Source of the DNA: the human T2T-CHM13v2.0 reference genome, Homo sapiens
Strand: one strand, 5' to 3'
DNA length: 64,000 nucleotides
NCBI RefSeq assembly: GCF_009914755.1
Contig: NC_060933.1
Positions 44,714-59,296 of this stretch are shown piece after piece. A program made the position numbers and the translations under genes. Numbering within the stretch: position 1 is the stretch's first letter; each line of letters begins with the position of its first letter. The notes beneath the pieces were generated by a model. It saw nothing but the letters and a program-made list of their open reading frames with translations. It had not been told where the DNA came from and made no database searches.

Positions 44714-47254
44714 AAGGGACTCATATATTAGGAATTCACAATCTGAAATGAGCAATAATATTCTGAATGTAAAGATAGCCTAAATGACATGTTTTAGCCA
44801 GTGGCATATAAAATTAGATTTGTCATGAATTGATGTCATACGTATAATTTGGGGGAAAGGCCAGCATAGAATAATTGTAAGATAGAATGGAAAATAACTG
44901 AGTTTCAAATACTGGCAGGCAAAGAGTAGGCAAGCCATTGTAGCTCATGGTAATTCAGAAAGGCATCTGGAAATGGAGCCATCTCAGAAGTCGTTTACAT
45001 GACAGAAGAGAAATTAGTAAATATTTCTGAGGTGGAGACCAGTCGGCAAACACATGGCTTTACTCTTGGTCAAAGGACCTAATTCAGAGGTGATGAGATG
45101 ACAAACGTTTGGGGGTGATACCTGACACCAAAGGAAAGCAAGAACTGGAGAAATGGTCATGAGAGTAAAGATGCAAAACTCTAGTGACTGACTAGTAGCA
45201 GCAACTTAGAAACCGAGTCAGCAGCTGAAATGCAAAAGGAAGCCATCCTAGAAGAAAGCCGGGTTAAAGTCGCAGACAGAGTGGGCTGCTCCAACAGCAA
45301 AGCCATACATTTTGAGACAGCGATGCGCTGCCTTTCTTCACAAGGTTTACCCAGCACACCCACCCAAACCATGGCAGACTTGTATTGATGCATTTTCCCC
45401 TTCCAAATGGATCCCCTGTGAGAACTCTGGGAGTCTATCAACACAAAGGTTGATGAGAAAGTAGAGGACTGAGCAAAGCCAACTTACTTTGAACTTCAAT
45501 ACTACTTTAGAGCACAATAAAATATTAAGATTTACATCATCCTGCTTCCTTATTGTAGATTACCCATTGTTCAGTCTACTTTGGGATTTCTTCATTGTAG
45601 CTTGTTGCAGCACTTCTGTGCGTGTGTGTGTGTGTGTGTGTTTGCATGAGAAATAGTTACACCATGTGAATTTAAAAATGAGGAGAACTTAGATAGGAAC
45701 TTGTTAGTCTCAACTGCAGCTGCCCCTGTGGAAAACTGGTGTTGCCCTCCCTTTACAGTTTTGCTGCAGAAATGGGTGATTTTAAACCTGAAAGTCAAAG
45801 TATATTTATTAGCTTGATCATATGAAATTGCTGTTTTTGTAGGTCAAGATACTTAGATATCAGCACATTCACAAGGTTCAGCCTTATAGTGCGTGACTGG
45901 ATTCCACATCCACCCTGCATTTTGTAATCGAAGGGGAGGAAGCTCACAGGTGTTGAGCACCTTGTACTTGGCCAGGTGTTTGTTAGGGGCTATTTTAGAA
46001 ACAGCACTCAGTTAGTTACTCTTAGCCAGGTGCTGTCTGCACCACATCACGTGATGGTCAAGGACTGATGACCCAGGCCATGAATAAGTATCATTCATTC
46101 AACATTAAACACGAGAAAAAAAGATTCATTAATTTAAAAAACACCACTAAAATAAATATTACAATTAGAATTTGAAGGCTCCTATTTCTTTCCATTGGGT
46201 TATATCCACTAATAAATGTTACAAAGTTAGGATGACACTTAACTTGAGATACAGTTTTGTAGCCGTTGTTTTTTTTTAATCTAATAAGCTCCTTCTGTGC
46301 TATACCAAATGACCTCCCTAGCTGGGACTCCTCCTGACATCCAGGCTGTTCCTTCGCATTTGAAAGCCCACGAAAGTCTTTCTTCTTACCAGTACACTGA
46401 TACCCACACATCCCAGCCACTGCCCTTCACTCTCACATCAAGATAAGGTCTTGATGTTCACTTTCAGGTTTTATATCAGTATACTGAGCATTAGCGATTG
46501 GCTTTCATCCTGGAGAAATTTCAATGGGAAAAAGAATTGCATTAAAATCACTACTTATTATTATTTTTTACGTTTATTTCAATTTGTTTTTAATTGAAAA
46601 GCCATACGATTCACATAGTTCAAACCACATCTGCATCCATTTTATATTTTTATCCCATTCCCATTACCCAGAGGGGAAAAATGCTATGATTTTTCTTATT
46701 TTTCTTATGTGTCCTTCTAGAAATATTTCATATTTACATGAGTATATATATATATATATATTCATTGTGGGAATTTCAAATGGGAGAATATCTTACCTTA
46801 TTCTTTGATTTTAGAAAAATATCTTGGAAGTTCATTCACAGTAAGTATGTTTACCTCATTATTTCTCAAGGCTGCATGCTATTCCAGAGTATAAATGTAC
46901 CATGACCACTGAAAGAGAACTGTACTAACATATTTACCATTATATTCATAAAATGTTAATCTCTTCATGCACATATGCATATATTACACTATGACTGTGG
47001 GATAAATTCCTAGAAGTAGCATTGCTGCTTAACGTAAACTATACATTGAGAGAAACTGAAAGCATCACTCTTTTTGCATTACCTCCTTTCACTACACTGC
47101 AAGTTGATCATTTTTTGGAACTTTAATTTTATAGATAGTGCCAAATGGTTCTTCAAGAAATCATATTCATAAAAAGGCACCAGTTCCTGAAATTGAATCA
47201 TCTGAGTTTTACCTTTTCATGTGCACACTTGAAACAGACCTAAAACATTCCCAG

Positions 47255-47495
47255 ATGTGGTGAGGGGTTGTGAGTAAAGATTCTGCAGCCAGGCCACTTG
47301 GGTTCAAATTATTGTGCTACCACTAACTAGCTCTATAATTGGGGCAAATAAATAAAGCCTGTCTTTTTGCTTTCCTTGTTTTCATCTGGGAAGAATATTA
47401 GTATCTAGCTCATAGAGTTCTGCGAGGATTTTAATATGTACAAAGCACAAAGAATCATGTTTGGTGCACAGTAAGCACTCAAGATACATAACGTC
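47255..47495 (+). mobile_element. MIR SINE
   Basis: ttgggttcaaat...ctaccactaactagct...ctcatagagttctgcgaggatt...cacagtaagcactcaa. Confidence 0.78.
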
Positions 47496-47768
47496 TTCAT
47501 ACTTAAATTTGTTCTTAAAACTGATTATTTTTAACCTGAGCCTTATGCTGAGCAATGATATCCATAATATTGCATGTTTGCATACTATTTAGATTTTAAG
47601 AGACTTTAAATTTAATGCATTAACTATGAAAGTACAGTTGAAAGTAATGTCCTAAGCAACACAGCCTCAGTAAATGTTTTAGTTGTTCTAATCAATTGAG
47701 TAGTACCTCACTGCTGTTTTAATTTGCATTTCTTTAACTTATAAACAAGGTTGAATATTATCTCATGA

Positions 47769-48095
<327 letters not shown>

Positions 48096-48650
48096 ATTAT
48101 CTCATAAATTTATAAACTATTTTTTCTTCATGTGGAATGCTTATCAATCCTTCTCAATTTTACATTGCTTTTTTTTAATCTTTATCCATTGATGTATAAG
48201 AGCACTTTATAAAAAAACTGTCATGTATATTAAAATATTATTTCCCATTCATAAATTGATATCTTCTGGTAAGTTTCAAATAATTTCATTTATTAGTCCC
48301 TTTACTGTGGTCTTGGTTTTACATCTTGCATAGAAATACATGCCCGCTCCCACATTATATATGCAAACCTCTCCCACAATCTTCTAGAACTGTTTCTGTG
48401 GCTACTTTAAAATCTTTAATTCACCTACAATCTACTTTGATGCAAGGAATAGGGTAATAGTCCAGTTTTATTAATTTTTTCCTGAGGGATACCTAGTTTC
48501 CCCAGTACCATTTATTAATTTTTTTCTTACTAATTTAAAATGCCACATCTTTTATCAGCATATATATTTGAATTTGTTAGTGAATACTATTTTTTCCACT
48601 GCTATTAATATCAAGCATACTAAAATATAGAATCAACCTTTATTATGTAC

Positions 48651-48950
<300 letters not shown>

Positions 48951-51033
48951 TCTAGGTATTTTTCTAATTGGTAAGACTAACTCCTTTTTCAATTTCTTGT
49001 TGCCAATTGTACTGCTTATCCTTTTATGAAAATTAATTTTTTTAAATGTGACGAATAAAATATGTATGCATTATGTACAACTTGATGTTTTGAAACATGC
49101 ATACATAATTGAATGAGTACATCAAGCTAATTAAATATGCATTACCTCACATACTTATTTTTGTGGTGAGAAAACTAAAAATCTATTCTCAGCAATTTTC
49201 AAGAACACAGTACTTTGTTATTAACTATAGTCACCATTTTGTGCAATAGATATCTTGAACTTATTCCTCCTACATAACTGAAATTTTGTATCCTTTGACC
49301 AACATCTCCCCAACTCCCAAACTCGCTAGTCCCTGGTAACAACTATTCCACCTTCTGCTTCTATGGGCTCAACATTTTTAGACTCCACATATAAGCTGGA
49401 TCCTGTAGTATTGGTCTTTCTGTGCCTGACTTATTACACCGAACATAATGTCCTCCAGGTTCATCTATGTTCTCACAAATAAATAGGATTTCTTTTATTT
49501 TATGGCCAAATAGCATTCCATTGTGTATGTACACCACATTTTCCTTATCCATTCATCCACAGATGGACACTTCAGTTGATTCCAAATCTTGGCTATTATG
49601 AATAATACTGCAATGAACATGGTTGTACAGATATCTAAAAGACATACGGATTTAATTTCCTTTGGATACATACACAATAGTGGGATTGCTGAATCATTTG
49701 GTAATTCTATTTTTGATTTTTTGAGGAACCTCCCTACTGCTTTCCATAATGGATATACAAATTTACATTGCCACCAACAGTATACAGGGATCCTCTTTTC
49801 TTCACATCTTCATCGACACTTGTTATCTTTTGTCTTTTTGATAATAACCATTCTAACAAGTACGAGGTGATATCTCATTGTGGTTCTAACTTGCATTTCC
49901 CCGATGATTTGTGATATTGAGTATTTTTTCATATACCTGTTGGCCACGCATATATCTTTCTTGAGAAATGTCTTTTCAGGTCTTTTGCCCATTTTTAAAA
50001 AGCACAGTTATTTGTTTTCTTGCTATTGAGATGTTTGAGTTGCCTATGTATTTTAAATATTAACCCCTTATCAGATGTATTGTTTGAAAATATTTCCTCC
50101 GATCCCATAGGTTGTCTTTTTACTCTGCTGATTGTTTCCTATGTGGTGCAGAAAATTAGTTTGAAATAACCTAATCTGTCTAATTTTGCTTTTATTGCCA
50201 ATGCTTTTGGGGTTGTATCCAGAAAATGATTTCCTAGACCAATATCATGGAGCTTTTCCCCTGTATTTTCTCTTAGTAGTTTCACAGTTATGGGTCATAA
50301 GTTTAACTCTTTAACCCATTTTGTGTTGATTTTTGCATATAGTGTGAGATAAGGGTCTAATTTCATTCTGTTAAGCATGTATATCCCATTTACCCAATAC
50401 CATTTACTGAAGAAACTAAACTTTCTTCATTGTGTATTCTTAGCACCTCTGTCAAAAATCAACAGACAATAAATGCCTGGATTTAGTTCTGGGCTCTCTA
50501 TTGTGTTCCACTGGTCTATGTATGTGTCTGTTTTTATGTCAGTACCATGCTATTTTCATTGCTACAGCTTTGTAGTACATTTTGATGTCAGATAGTGTGA
50601 TACCTCCAGCTTTGTTCTTTACGCTCAAGATTGCTTTGGTTATTGGAGGTCCTTTGTGGTTACACACAAATTTTAGGATCATTTTCTCTATTTATGTGGA
50701 AAATGTCATTAGAATTTTCATAGGTAATGCACTGAATCTGTAGATCACCTTAGGTATTATGAATATTTTAATATTAATTCTTCCAATCCATGAACATGGG
50801 GATATCTTTCGATTCCTGTCATCTTTAAGTTCTTTCATCAATATTTTATAGTCTACTATAAAATTCTGTAAACCTCAGTGTACAACTCTTTCACCACCTT
50901 GGTTAAATTTATTCATAAGTATCTTATTGGATTATTTTCTTGATTTCAGACACTTCATTATTAGTATATAGACCACATAACTGATTTTTCTGTTGATGTT
51001 GTACTGTAACTTTATTGAATTTATTTATTAGTT

Positions 51034-51328
51034 ATTTGGGGTTATTTTCTTTTGAGAGTCTTGCTCTGTCATCCAGGCTGGAGTGCAGTGGCACTATCAC
51101 AGCTCACTGCCGCCTGAACCTCCTGGGCTCAAGTGATCCTCCCACCTCAGCCTCCTGAGTATCTGGGACCACAGGCACATGCCACCATGCCCAGCTCGTT
51201 GTTTATTTTTTTGTAGAAATGGGGGTCTTGCCATGTTGTCCAGGTCTCAAACCACTGGAGTCAAGTGATCTTCCTACTTTGGCCTCCCAAAGTGCTGAGA
51301 TTACAAGCATAAGCCATCATGCCTGGCC
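51034..51328 (-). mobile_element. AluJ nested in L1MA
   Basis: Reverse-complement Alu; degenerate TSD aatttattYattagtt. Confidence 0.92.
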
Positions 51329-52680
51329 TGAAATTTATTCATTAGTTCTAATAATTTTTTGTTGAAGTCTTTAGGGCTTTCTATATATAAGATCATGTCA
51401 TCTGCAAAGAGGGACAATTTAAATTCTGTTTTCTTCAAATTTGGATGTTTTTTCCTTCTTTTTCTTGTCTAATTGCTCTGGATAGAACTTTCAGTACTGT
51501 GTTGAAAGAAGTGGTGAGAGTGGGCATCCTTGTCTTGTTTGGATCTCAGAGGAAGAGTTTTCAACTTTTCACCGCTGAATAAGATGTTAGCTGAGGGTTT
51601 GTCATATGTGACCTTTATTTTGTCGAGCTATATTGTCCTCTTTACACCCAATATGTTGAGAGATTTTAGAATAAAAGGTTGTTAGAGATTTTGTCAAATG
51701 CTTCTGCTGTGTCCATTGAGATAATCACATGTTTTTTGTCCTTTGTTCTATTAACATGATATGTTACATTTATAGATTTGCCTATATTGGACCATCAATT
51801 CATCCCACAGATAAATCTCACTTGATTATCATGAATGATCTTTCTAATATGCTGTTGAATTTGGTTTGCTAAAATTTCATAGAGTTTTTGCATTTATGCT
51901 CATGAGGATATTGCCCTATAATTGTCTTTTTTTGTAGTGTACTTTCTGAGTTTGGTATCAGGATAATGCTGGTTTTATAAAATGAGTTTGAAAGTATTCC
52001 CTTCTCTTCCATTTTTTGGAAGTGTTTGAGAATAATTAGTATTAGTTCTTTAAATGCCTCGTAAAATTCAGCAGTGAAGCCATCAGGGCCTAGGTCTTTA
52101 TTTAATTAGAGCTTTTTACTACTGATTCAATTTTATTGCTTATTATTGGTTTGCTCAGATTTTCTTTTTTTTATGGTTCAGTTTTGGCAGGTTGTATATG
52201 TCCAGAAATTTATCCACTTCTAGGTTGTCCAATTTGTTGATGTATACTTATTCATAGTAGTCTGTTAAGATCCTTTGTATTTCTGTAATATTGGTTGTAA
52301 TGTTGCCTCTTTCATTTCTGATTTTGAGACTTCTTTTTTCTTAAAGATTTGTCTATTTTGTTTATATGTTATATTTTTATATATATTTATATATTTTTAA
52401 AAACCTGACTTTTAGTTTTATGGATTTTTTAATTGTTTTTCTAGTCTGTATTTTATTTGTTTCTGCTCTGATCTTTATTATTTCTTTCCTTCTTTAACTT
52501 TGAGCTTAGTTTGTTCTTGTTATTCTAGTTCCTTGGGGTGTAATGTTTGGTTGTTTATTTGATATCTTTCTTCCTTGCTGATGTAGGCCATTATTGCTAT
52601 AAACTTAGAATTGCTTTTGCTGTATCCCATGTGTCTTGATATGGCATGGGTCAATTTTTGTTTGTCTAAAGACATTTTAA

Positions 52681-53055
<375 letters not shown>

Positions 53056-53487
53056 AAATTTTCCGAAATTCCTTCAGTTACTGATTTCTAGAATCATACC
53101 ATTGTGGTCAGAAAGTATAACTGATACGATTTCAATCTCCTTAAATTTATTAAGACTTGTTTTGTGGCCTAACATATGATCTATCCTGGAGAATGTTCTC
53201 TGTGTGCTTTTGAAAAAGGTGTCTTCTGCTGCTGTTGGATGCAATGTTCAGTTTATGTCTGGTAGGTCCATTTGGTCTAACACATAGTTTAAGTCTAATT
53301 TTTCCTTACTGATTTTCTGTCTGGATGAGCTGTCTATTGCTGAAAATAGGATATAGAATTTCCCTCCTATTAAGTCCCCCTCCCTTCAGATCTGTTAGTA
53401 TTTGCCTTATATATTCAGATATTCCATCATTTGGTGCACACATATTTACAAGTGTTACATTCTCTGGGTTAACTTATCCCGTTATCC

Positions 53488-53802
53488 TTCTTCTTTTTTT
53501 TTTTTTTTTTTTTTTTTTGAGACGGAGTCTTGCTCTGTGGCCCAGGCTGGAGTGCAGTGGTGCAATCTCAGCTCACTGCAACCTCCACCTCCTGGGTTCA
53601 AGTGATTCTCTTGACCCAGCCTCCTGAGTAGCTGGGATTACAGGTGTGTGCCACCATGCCCGACTAATTGTTTTGTATTTTTTTAGTAGAGATGGGGTTT
53701 CACCACGTTGGTCAGGCTGGTCTTGAACTCCTGACCTCATGATCCACCCACCTCGGCCTCTCAAAGTGCTGGGATTACAGGTGTGAGCCACTGCGCCCAG
53801 CC
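53488..53802 (-). mobile_element. AluS-type element nested in L1MA
   Basis: Reverse-complement Alu with long poly(T). Confidence 0.94.
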
Positions 53803-55204
53803 CCCTTTAGCATTACATACTGACTTTGTCTCTTGTGGCAGTTTTGGACTTAAAATCTATTTTATCTGGTATAAGTACAGCTACTTCTGCTCTTTATTGG
53901 TTTCCTTTGCATGGAGTATCTTTTTTCCATCCCTTTGCTTTCAGTCTGTGTGTGTCCTTATAAGTGAAGTGAGTTCCCTGTGTGTAGCACAGAGCTGGGT
54001 CTGGTTTTTATAATCCATTAAGTCACACTATGTCTTCTGATTGAATAGTTTAATTTATTTACATTTAAGGTAATTGTTGCCAGGTAAAAATTGACTACAG
54101 TCATTTAGTTCATTCTTCTCTGGCTTTGTTTCCTGACTATAGCCCTTTAGTTCATTCTTTCTAGCTTTGTTTTCCTTTGTTCCTTCCTTCTCTTTCCGTC
54201 TTCCTTTGTGATTAGGCAATTTTCTATAGTGGCATGCTTTAATTCCTTACTTTGTATTTTCTGTATATCTAGTACAGGTTTTTGCTTTGTGGTTACCAGG
54301 AGGCTGACATAAAATATCTTAGGGTTGCAGCAAGTTTTTTTAACTTGAATACAACTTAACCATGATCACACACAAAAATTCAACATTTTTACCCACCCAC
54401 ACTTTGTTTTTGATGCTTTTTATATTGTGTAACCCTTAATGAATTATTGCAGCTTTAACTATTTTTAATAGTTTGTTTTAACCACTGTAATAAATGTTAC
54501 TTAAACACTACCACCACAGTTTTAAAATTTGACTTACTTTTGTACTTACTTTTGACTTAAACTTTTTGTACTTACTTTTACTAGTGAGTTTCAAACTTTC
54601 TTATATTTTTGTGTTACTAATTAACATCCTTTTCTTTCAGCCTGAAGAACTTCCTTTAGCATTTCTTGTAAGACACTTCTGAGAGTAATGAACTCTTGAC
54701 TTTGTGTGTGTGTGTCTCTGCAAAAGTCCTTTTCTCTTTTCCTTCTGTAGAAGAGCTTTGCTGTGTATTCTTGGTTGACAGTTTTTGTTATGTTTTGTTT
54801 TTTTCCTTTCAGCACTGGAATACATCATCCCGCTCTCCCCTGGCCTGTAAGGTTTCTGCTGTGATGTCTGCTTCTAGTATTAATGGAATTCCCTTATATG
54901 TGACATGCTTCTTTTGTCTTGATGCTCTTTTGCTGCAGAATACTCTTTTTGTCCTTGAATTTTCAAAGTTTGATAATAATATGTCTTGGTGTAGTCTTGC
55001 TTGGATTGAATCTGATTAGACACCTTTGACCTTCCTGTGTATGAAAATGTAAATTTTCCCCCAGATTGATAAAACATTTTCTGCCTGCCTTCCTGACTGC
55101 CTTTTTTTCCTTCCTGTCTTACTTTCTTCTTTGCTCCCTCCCTCCTTCCTTGTTTCTGCTACTGTTTCCTCTCTCTCTCTATCCCTCTATCTCTTTCTTT
55201 ACAA

Positions 55205-55347
55205 TAAAAACTTGCTCTATTAGCCAGGCTGGAGTGCAATAGCATGATCATAGCTCACTGCAACCTCAAACTCCTGGGCTCAAGCGACTCTCCCACCTCG
55301 GCCTCCCAAAGCGCTGACATTATAGGTATGAGCCACGACACCCAGCC
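55205..55347 (-). mobile_element. Free Alu monomer (FLAM-like) with CT-rich tail-derived tract at 55081-55200
   Basis: Single arm only: ccaggctggagtgca...ctcccacctcggcctcccaaag...cccagcc. Confidence 0.8.
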
Positions 55348-55699
55348 TATTGTTTCTTTAACTAAACTTTCTAGAACTTTGTCCCTCTATTCTCCTTTTT
55401 CAGTGTCCATACTTTTAAGTTTTGTTCTTTTGATGCTTTCCTGTAAGTTCCATAAGCATTCTTCATTACTTTATATTCTTTTTTCTCCAATTGTATAATT
55501 TCACTAAACTGTCTTTGAGTTCAGAGCCTTTCTTCTGCTTCATTGATTCTGCTGTTGACATTCTCTATTGCAATTTTCATTTCATTCATGCATTTCTCAG
55601 CTCCAGAATTTGTTAGTTTTTTTGTATAATTTCAATCTTTAATTTTCTCATTTTATTCATTTAATGACTTACTAATTTTTGAATTATTTTTCCTTTTTT

Positions 55700-55902
55700 A
55701 GATAAACAGAAATTTACTTGTAACAGTTCTGGAGACTGGGATGCTGAAGATCAAGGTGGTGGCATCTGTGAAGGCCTTCTTGCTGTATCATAACAAGGCA
55801 GAAGGCATCACATGGGTGAGAGAGAGACAAAAGTAGGGTCCTTTTATAAGAAACCCACTCCCTCATAACATAAATTTTGAGGGACACATTCAAACCAGAG
55901 CA
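55700..55902 (-). mobile_element. MaLR (MST/MLT1A-type) LTR fragment: 5' end present, internal deletion, 3' end cut just after the poly(A) signal
   Basis: Minus strand reads tgctctggtttgaatgtgtccctcaaaattta ... cttgatcttcagcatcccagtctccagaactgttacaagtaaatttctgttt. Confidence 0.85.
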
Positions 55903-55923
55903 GTCCCAGTTCCAGATCTCTAG

Positions 55924-56293
55924 TTTTTTCCAACATTTATTTTAGATTCAGGAGGTACATACGCAGGTTTGTTACCTAGGTATATTGTGTAATGCTGAGG
56001 TTTGGGGTATGAATGATCCCTTCACCCAGGTACTAACTAAACAGTTAGTTTTTCAACCACTGTCCCACTCCCTCCTTTTCCCCTCCAGTAGTCTCTAGTG
56101 TCTATTGTTGCCATCCTTATATCCATGAGTTATCAATGTTTGGCTTCTACGTACAAGTGCAAACATGCAGTATTTGATTTTCTGTTCCTGTGTTAATTCA
56201 CTTGGGATAATGGCCTCCAACTGCGTCCATGGTGCTACAAAGGACATGATTTCATTACTTTTTATGGCTGCATAGTATTCCATGGTGTGTATG

Positions 56294-56342
<49 letters not shown>

Positions 56343-57437
56343 CATATTTTCTTTATTCAATCCACTACTGATAAGCACCAAGGTTGATTCCATGTCTTTG
56401 CTATTGTGAATACTGCCATGATGAACACACAAGTGCATGTGTCTTTTTGGTAGAATGATTAGATTTCTTTTGGATATCTACCCAGTAATGGGATTGCTAG
56501 GTTGAATGGTAGTTCTCTTTTAAGTTCTTTGAGAAATCTCCAAATTTTTTTCCACAGTTGCTGAACTAATTTACATTCCCACCAACAGTATGTAAGTGTT
56601 CCCTTTTCTCCACAGCCTCACCAGCATTTGTTGTTTTTTGACTTTTTAGTAATAGCCATTCTGACTGGTATGAGATGGTATCTTACTGTGGTTTTAATTT
56701 GCATTTCTCTGATGATAAGTGATGTGGAACACTTTTTCATATGTTTATTGGCCATGTTTATGCCTTCTTTTGAGAAATGTTTGTTCATATATTTTGTACA
56801 TTTTTAAGTGGGGTTGTTTGCTTTTTGCTTGCCTAATTGCTTAAGTTCCTCATAAATTTTGAATATTAAACCTTTGTTGGATGCATAGTTTGCAAATATT
56901 TTCTCCCTTTCTGTACGTTGTCTGTTTACTTTGTTGATAGTTTCTTTTGCTGTGCAGAAGCTCTTTAGTCTAACTGGATCCCACTTGTCAATTTTTGTTT
57001 TTGTTGCAATTGCTTTTAGGACTTATAAATCCTTTCCCAAGGCCAATGTCCAGAATGGTGTTCCATAGGTTTTCTTCTAGGATTCTTACAGTTTGAGGTC
57101 TTACATTTAAATATTTGATCCACCTTGAGTTCAGTTTCATATATGGTAAAATGTAGGGTTCTAGCTTCATTCTTCTGCATATGGCTCACCAGTGATCTTA
57201 ACACTATTTATTGAATAGATAGTCCTTTCCCCATTGCTTATGTTTGTTGACTTTGTCAAAGATTAGATGGCTGTAGGTATGCAGCTTTATTTCTGGGTTC
57301 TCTATTCTGTTCCATTGTTCTATGTGCCTGTTTTAATACCAGTACCAGACTGTTGAGGTTACTGTAACCTTTTAGTTTGAAGTTGGGTAATGTGATACCT
57401 CTGGCTTTGTTCTTTTTGCTTTGGATTGCTTTGGCTA
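55924..57437 (-). mobile_element. 5'-truncated old primate L1 (L1PA15/16- or L1PB-like) with (TA)n at ~56300-56339
   Basis: 3'UTR ttttagattcaggaggtacatacgcaggtttgttac; ORF2-like ORFs 56095..56283 and 56988..57170. Confidence 0.9.
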
Positions 57438-57933
57438 TTTTGAATTATTTTTCTATTTTCTTTAAGTTCACTTAGCTCTTTTGGTGGTATTTTCAGATGT
57501 CAACAGTGGTTCAAATTGATGATTCTGCAGACGAATGTCCTATTTCACCATCTTGCTGGCATCTGTACACTTGCCTTGTTTATTCTTGAATGAACATTCT
57601 TCAAAGTAAAATTTTGAATTACATCATTTTATTATGGGTTAAATTAGAGAGGATTAATATCTTTACATTACTGAGTCTTCATATCCATAAATGAGAATTT
57701 ACGCAGATCTCTTTATATACCTCATAGTAATGTTTTAACCTTTTCTTTTCCCATGTAGCTTGTACATTTCTTACCCCTCTCCTGCCTGCCAGTGGTATTT
57801 TATGCCTTCTAAATCTATTATAAACAGTATTTGCTTCTTTTCATTTTAACTGATAACTTATACAAAGGGAGGTATTTCTGATTATTAAATTAATTTCCAA
57901 AAAAAAGTATTAAAAACTGTGAGCCGTTGAATC

Positions 57934-58234
<301 letters not shown>

Positions 58235-59077
58235 TAGGTGATTTTCTTATGTGCGTTTTCAAGGATCAAATAATAATAATTTTTACTTGGTTCCTATTTT
58301 TTATGCCTCTTGTTTAGTCTCTTCTCTAATTGAAATACTCTTTGTATCATAGGAAAATAAGGATAGACCCTAGTGAGAAGGGCCTAAAATTCTTTTTCAG
58401 GGTTACAGGAATGAAGGAATAAATAAATCTTTATTGCCACAAAATAAAGGAAACTCTAAACTCAGCCTCTCTGAGACCAAATTATAAAAAAAGTCATACA
58501 TAGAATTTGAGAATATGATAGCACCATTAAGAGGGAAAGAGGAAAAGAGATTATGAGGTGTTGCATTGATAATATACTGTGACGTATAAGTATTAAAACA
58601 TTTTTGTATCTCTGAATAGAAATTTTAGTCAGGCCTCTCTCCTTGAACTCCTAAGACGGAGTCAAACAAAATTTTCTATTTGCTTTCCCTACTAGTTATT
58701 TTTATTTTGCCTTCTAGAAACTCATCAATTTGAAGAAATATAGTCAATATGAGTCATTTTATAGGCATCCTTATATATGTATAAATTTAAATTTTACAGT
58801 GTTTGATACACATATTCATGTTCTATTACATGTATCTATATAGATACAGTCTTGTTTATGAAAATTGACATAGTATGCTATAAGTGAACAAAACTATATG
58901 AAAGAATAACAGACCATACTGCTTGATAGAAAAAGTTTTAAATAATAGAAAAGTGCTGCAACAGAGATAAGAAGAAAAAATATAACAACAAAGGTCTTAT
59001 GGGAGCTTATTATCTGCCAAGCACAGAGTTAAGCTCATTAAGTGGATAATCTTATTTTTCCTCACACAATTATGCTC

Positions 59078-59296
59078 ATTTTATAAATGAGAAAGCTAGA
59101 ACTTTGAGAAGTTAAATCACCCAACTTTACATAGTTTATAACTGATTCTTGTTCTCAAAGGCAACTCTGCGTGACTGTGAAGCCCCAGCACAGGCTCCCA
59201 TAAAAAGGGCATTTCCATTTACTGTAATATTTAAAAATCCACAAAAACTGATTTTTCAAAAGCCTACAGTTAAAAGAAAGTTGCTCAAATATTACC
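59078..59296 (+). repeat. Direct repeat copy 1 (donor), overlapping a MIR relic
   Basis: About 93% identical to 60484-60704 by manual comparison. Confidence 0.95.
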
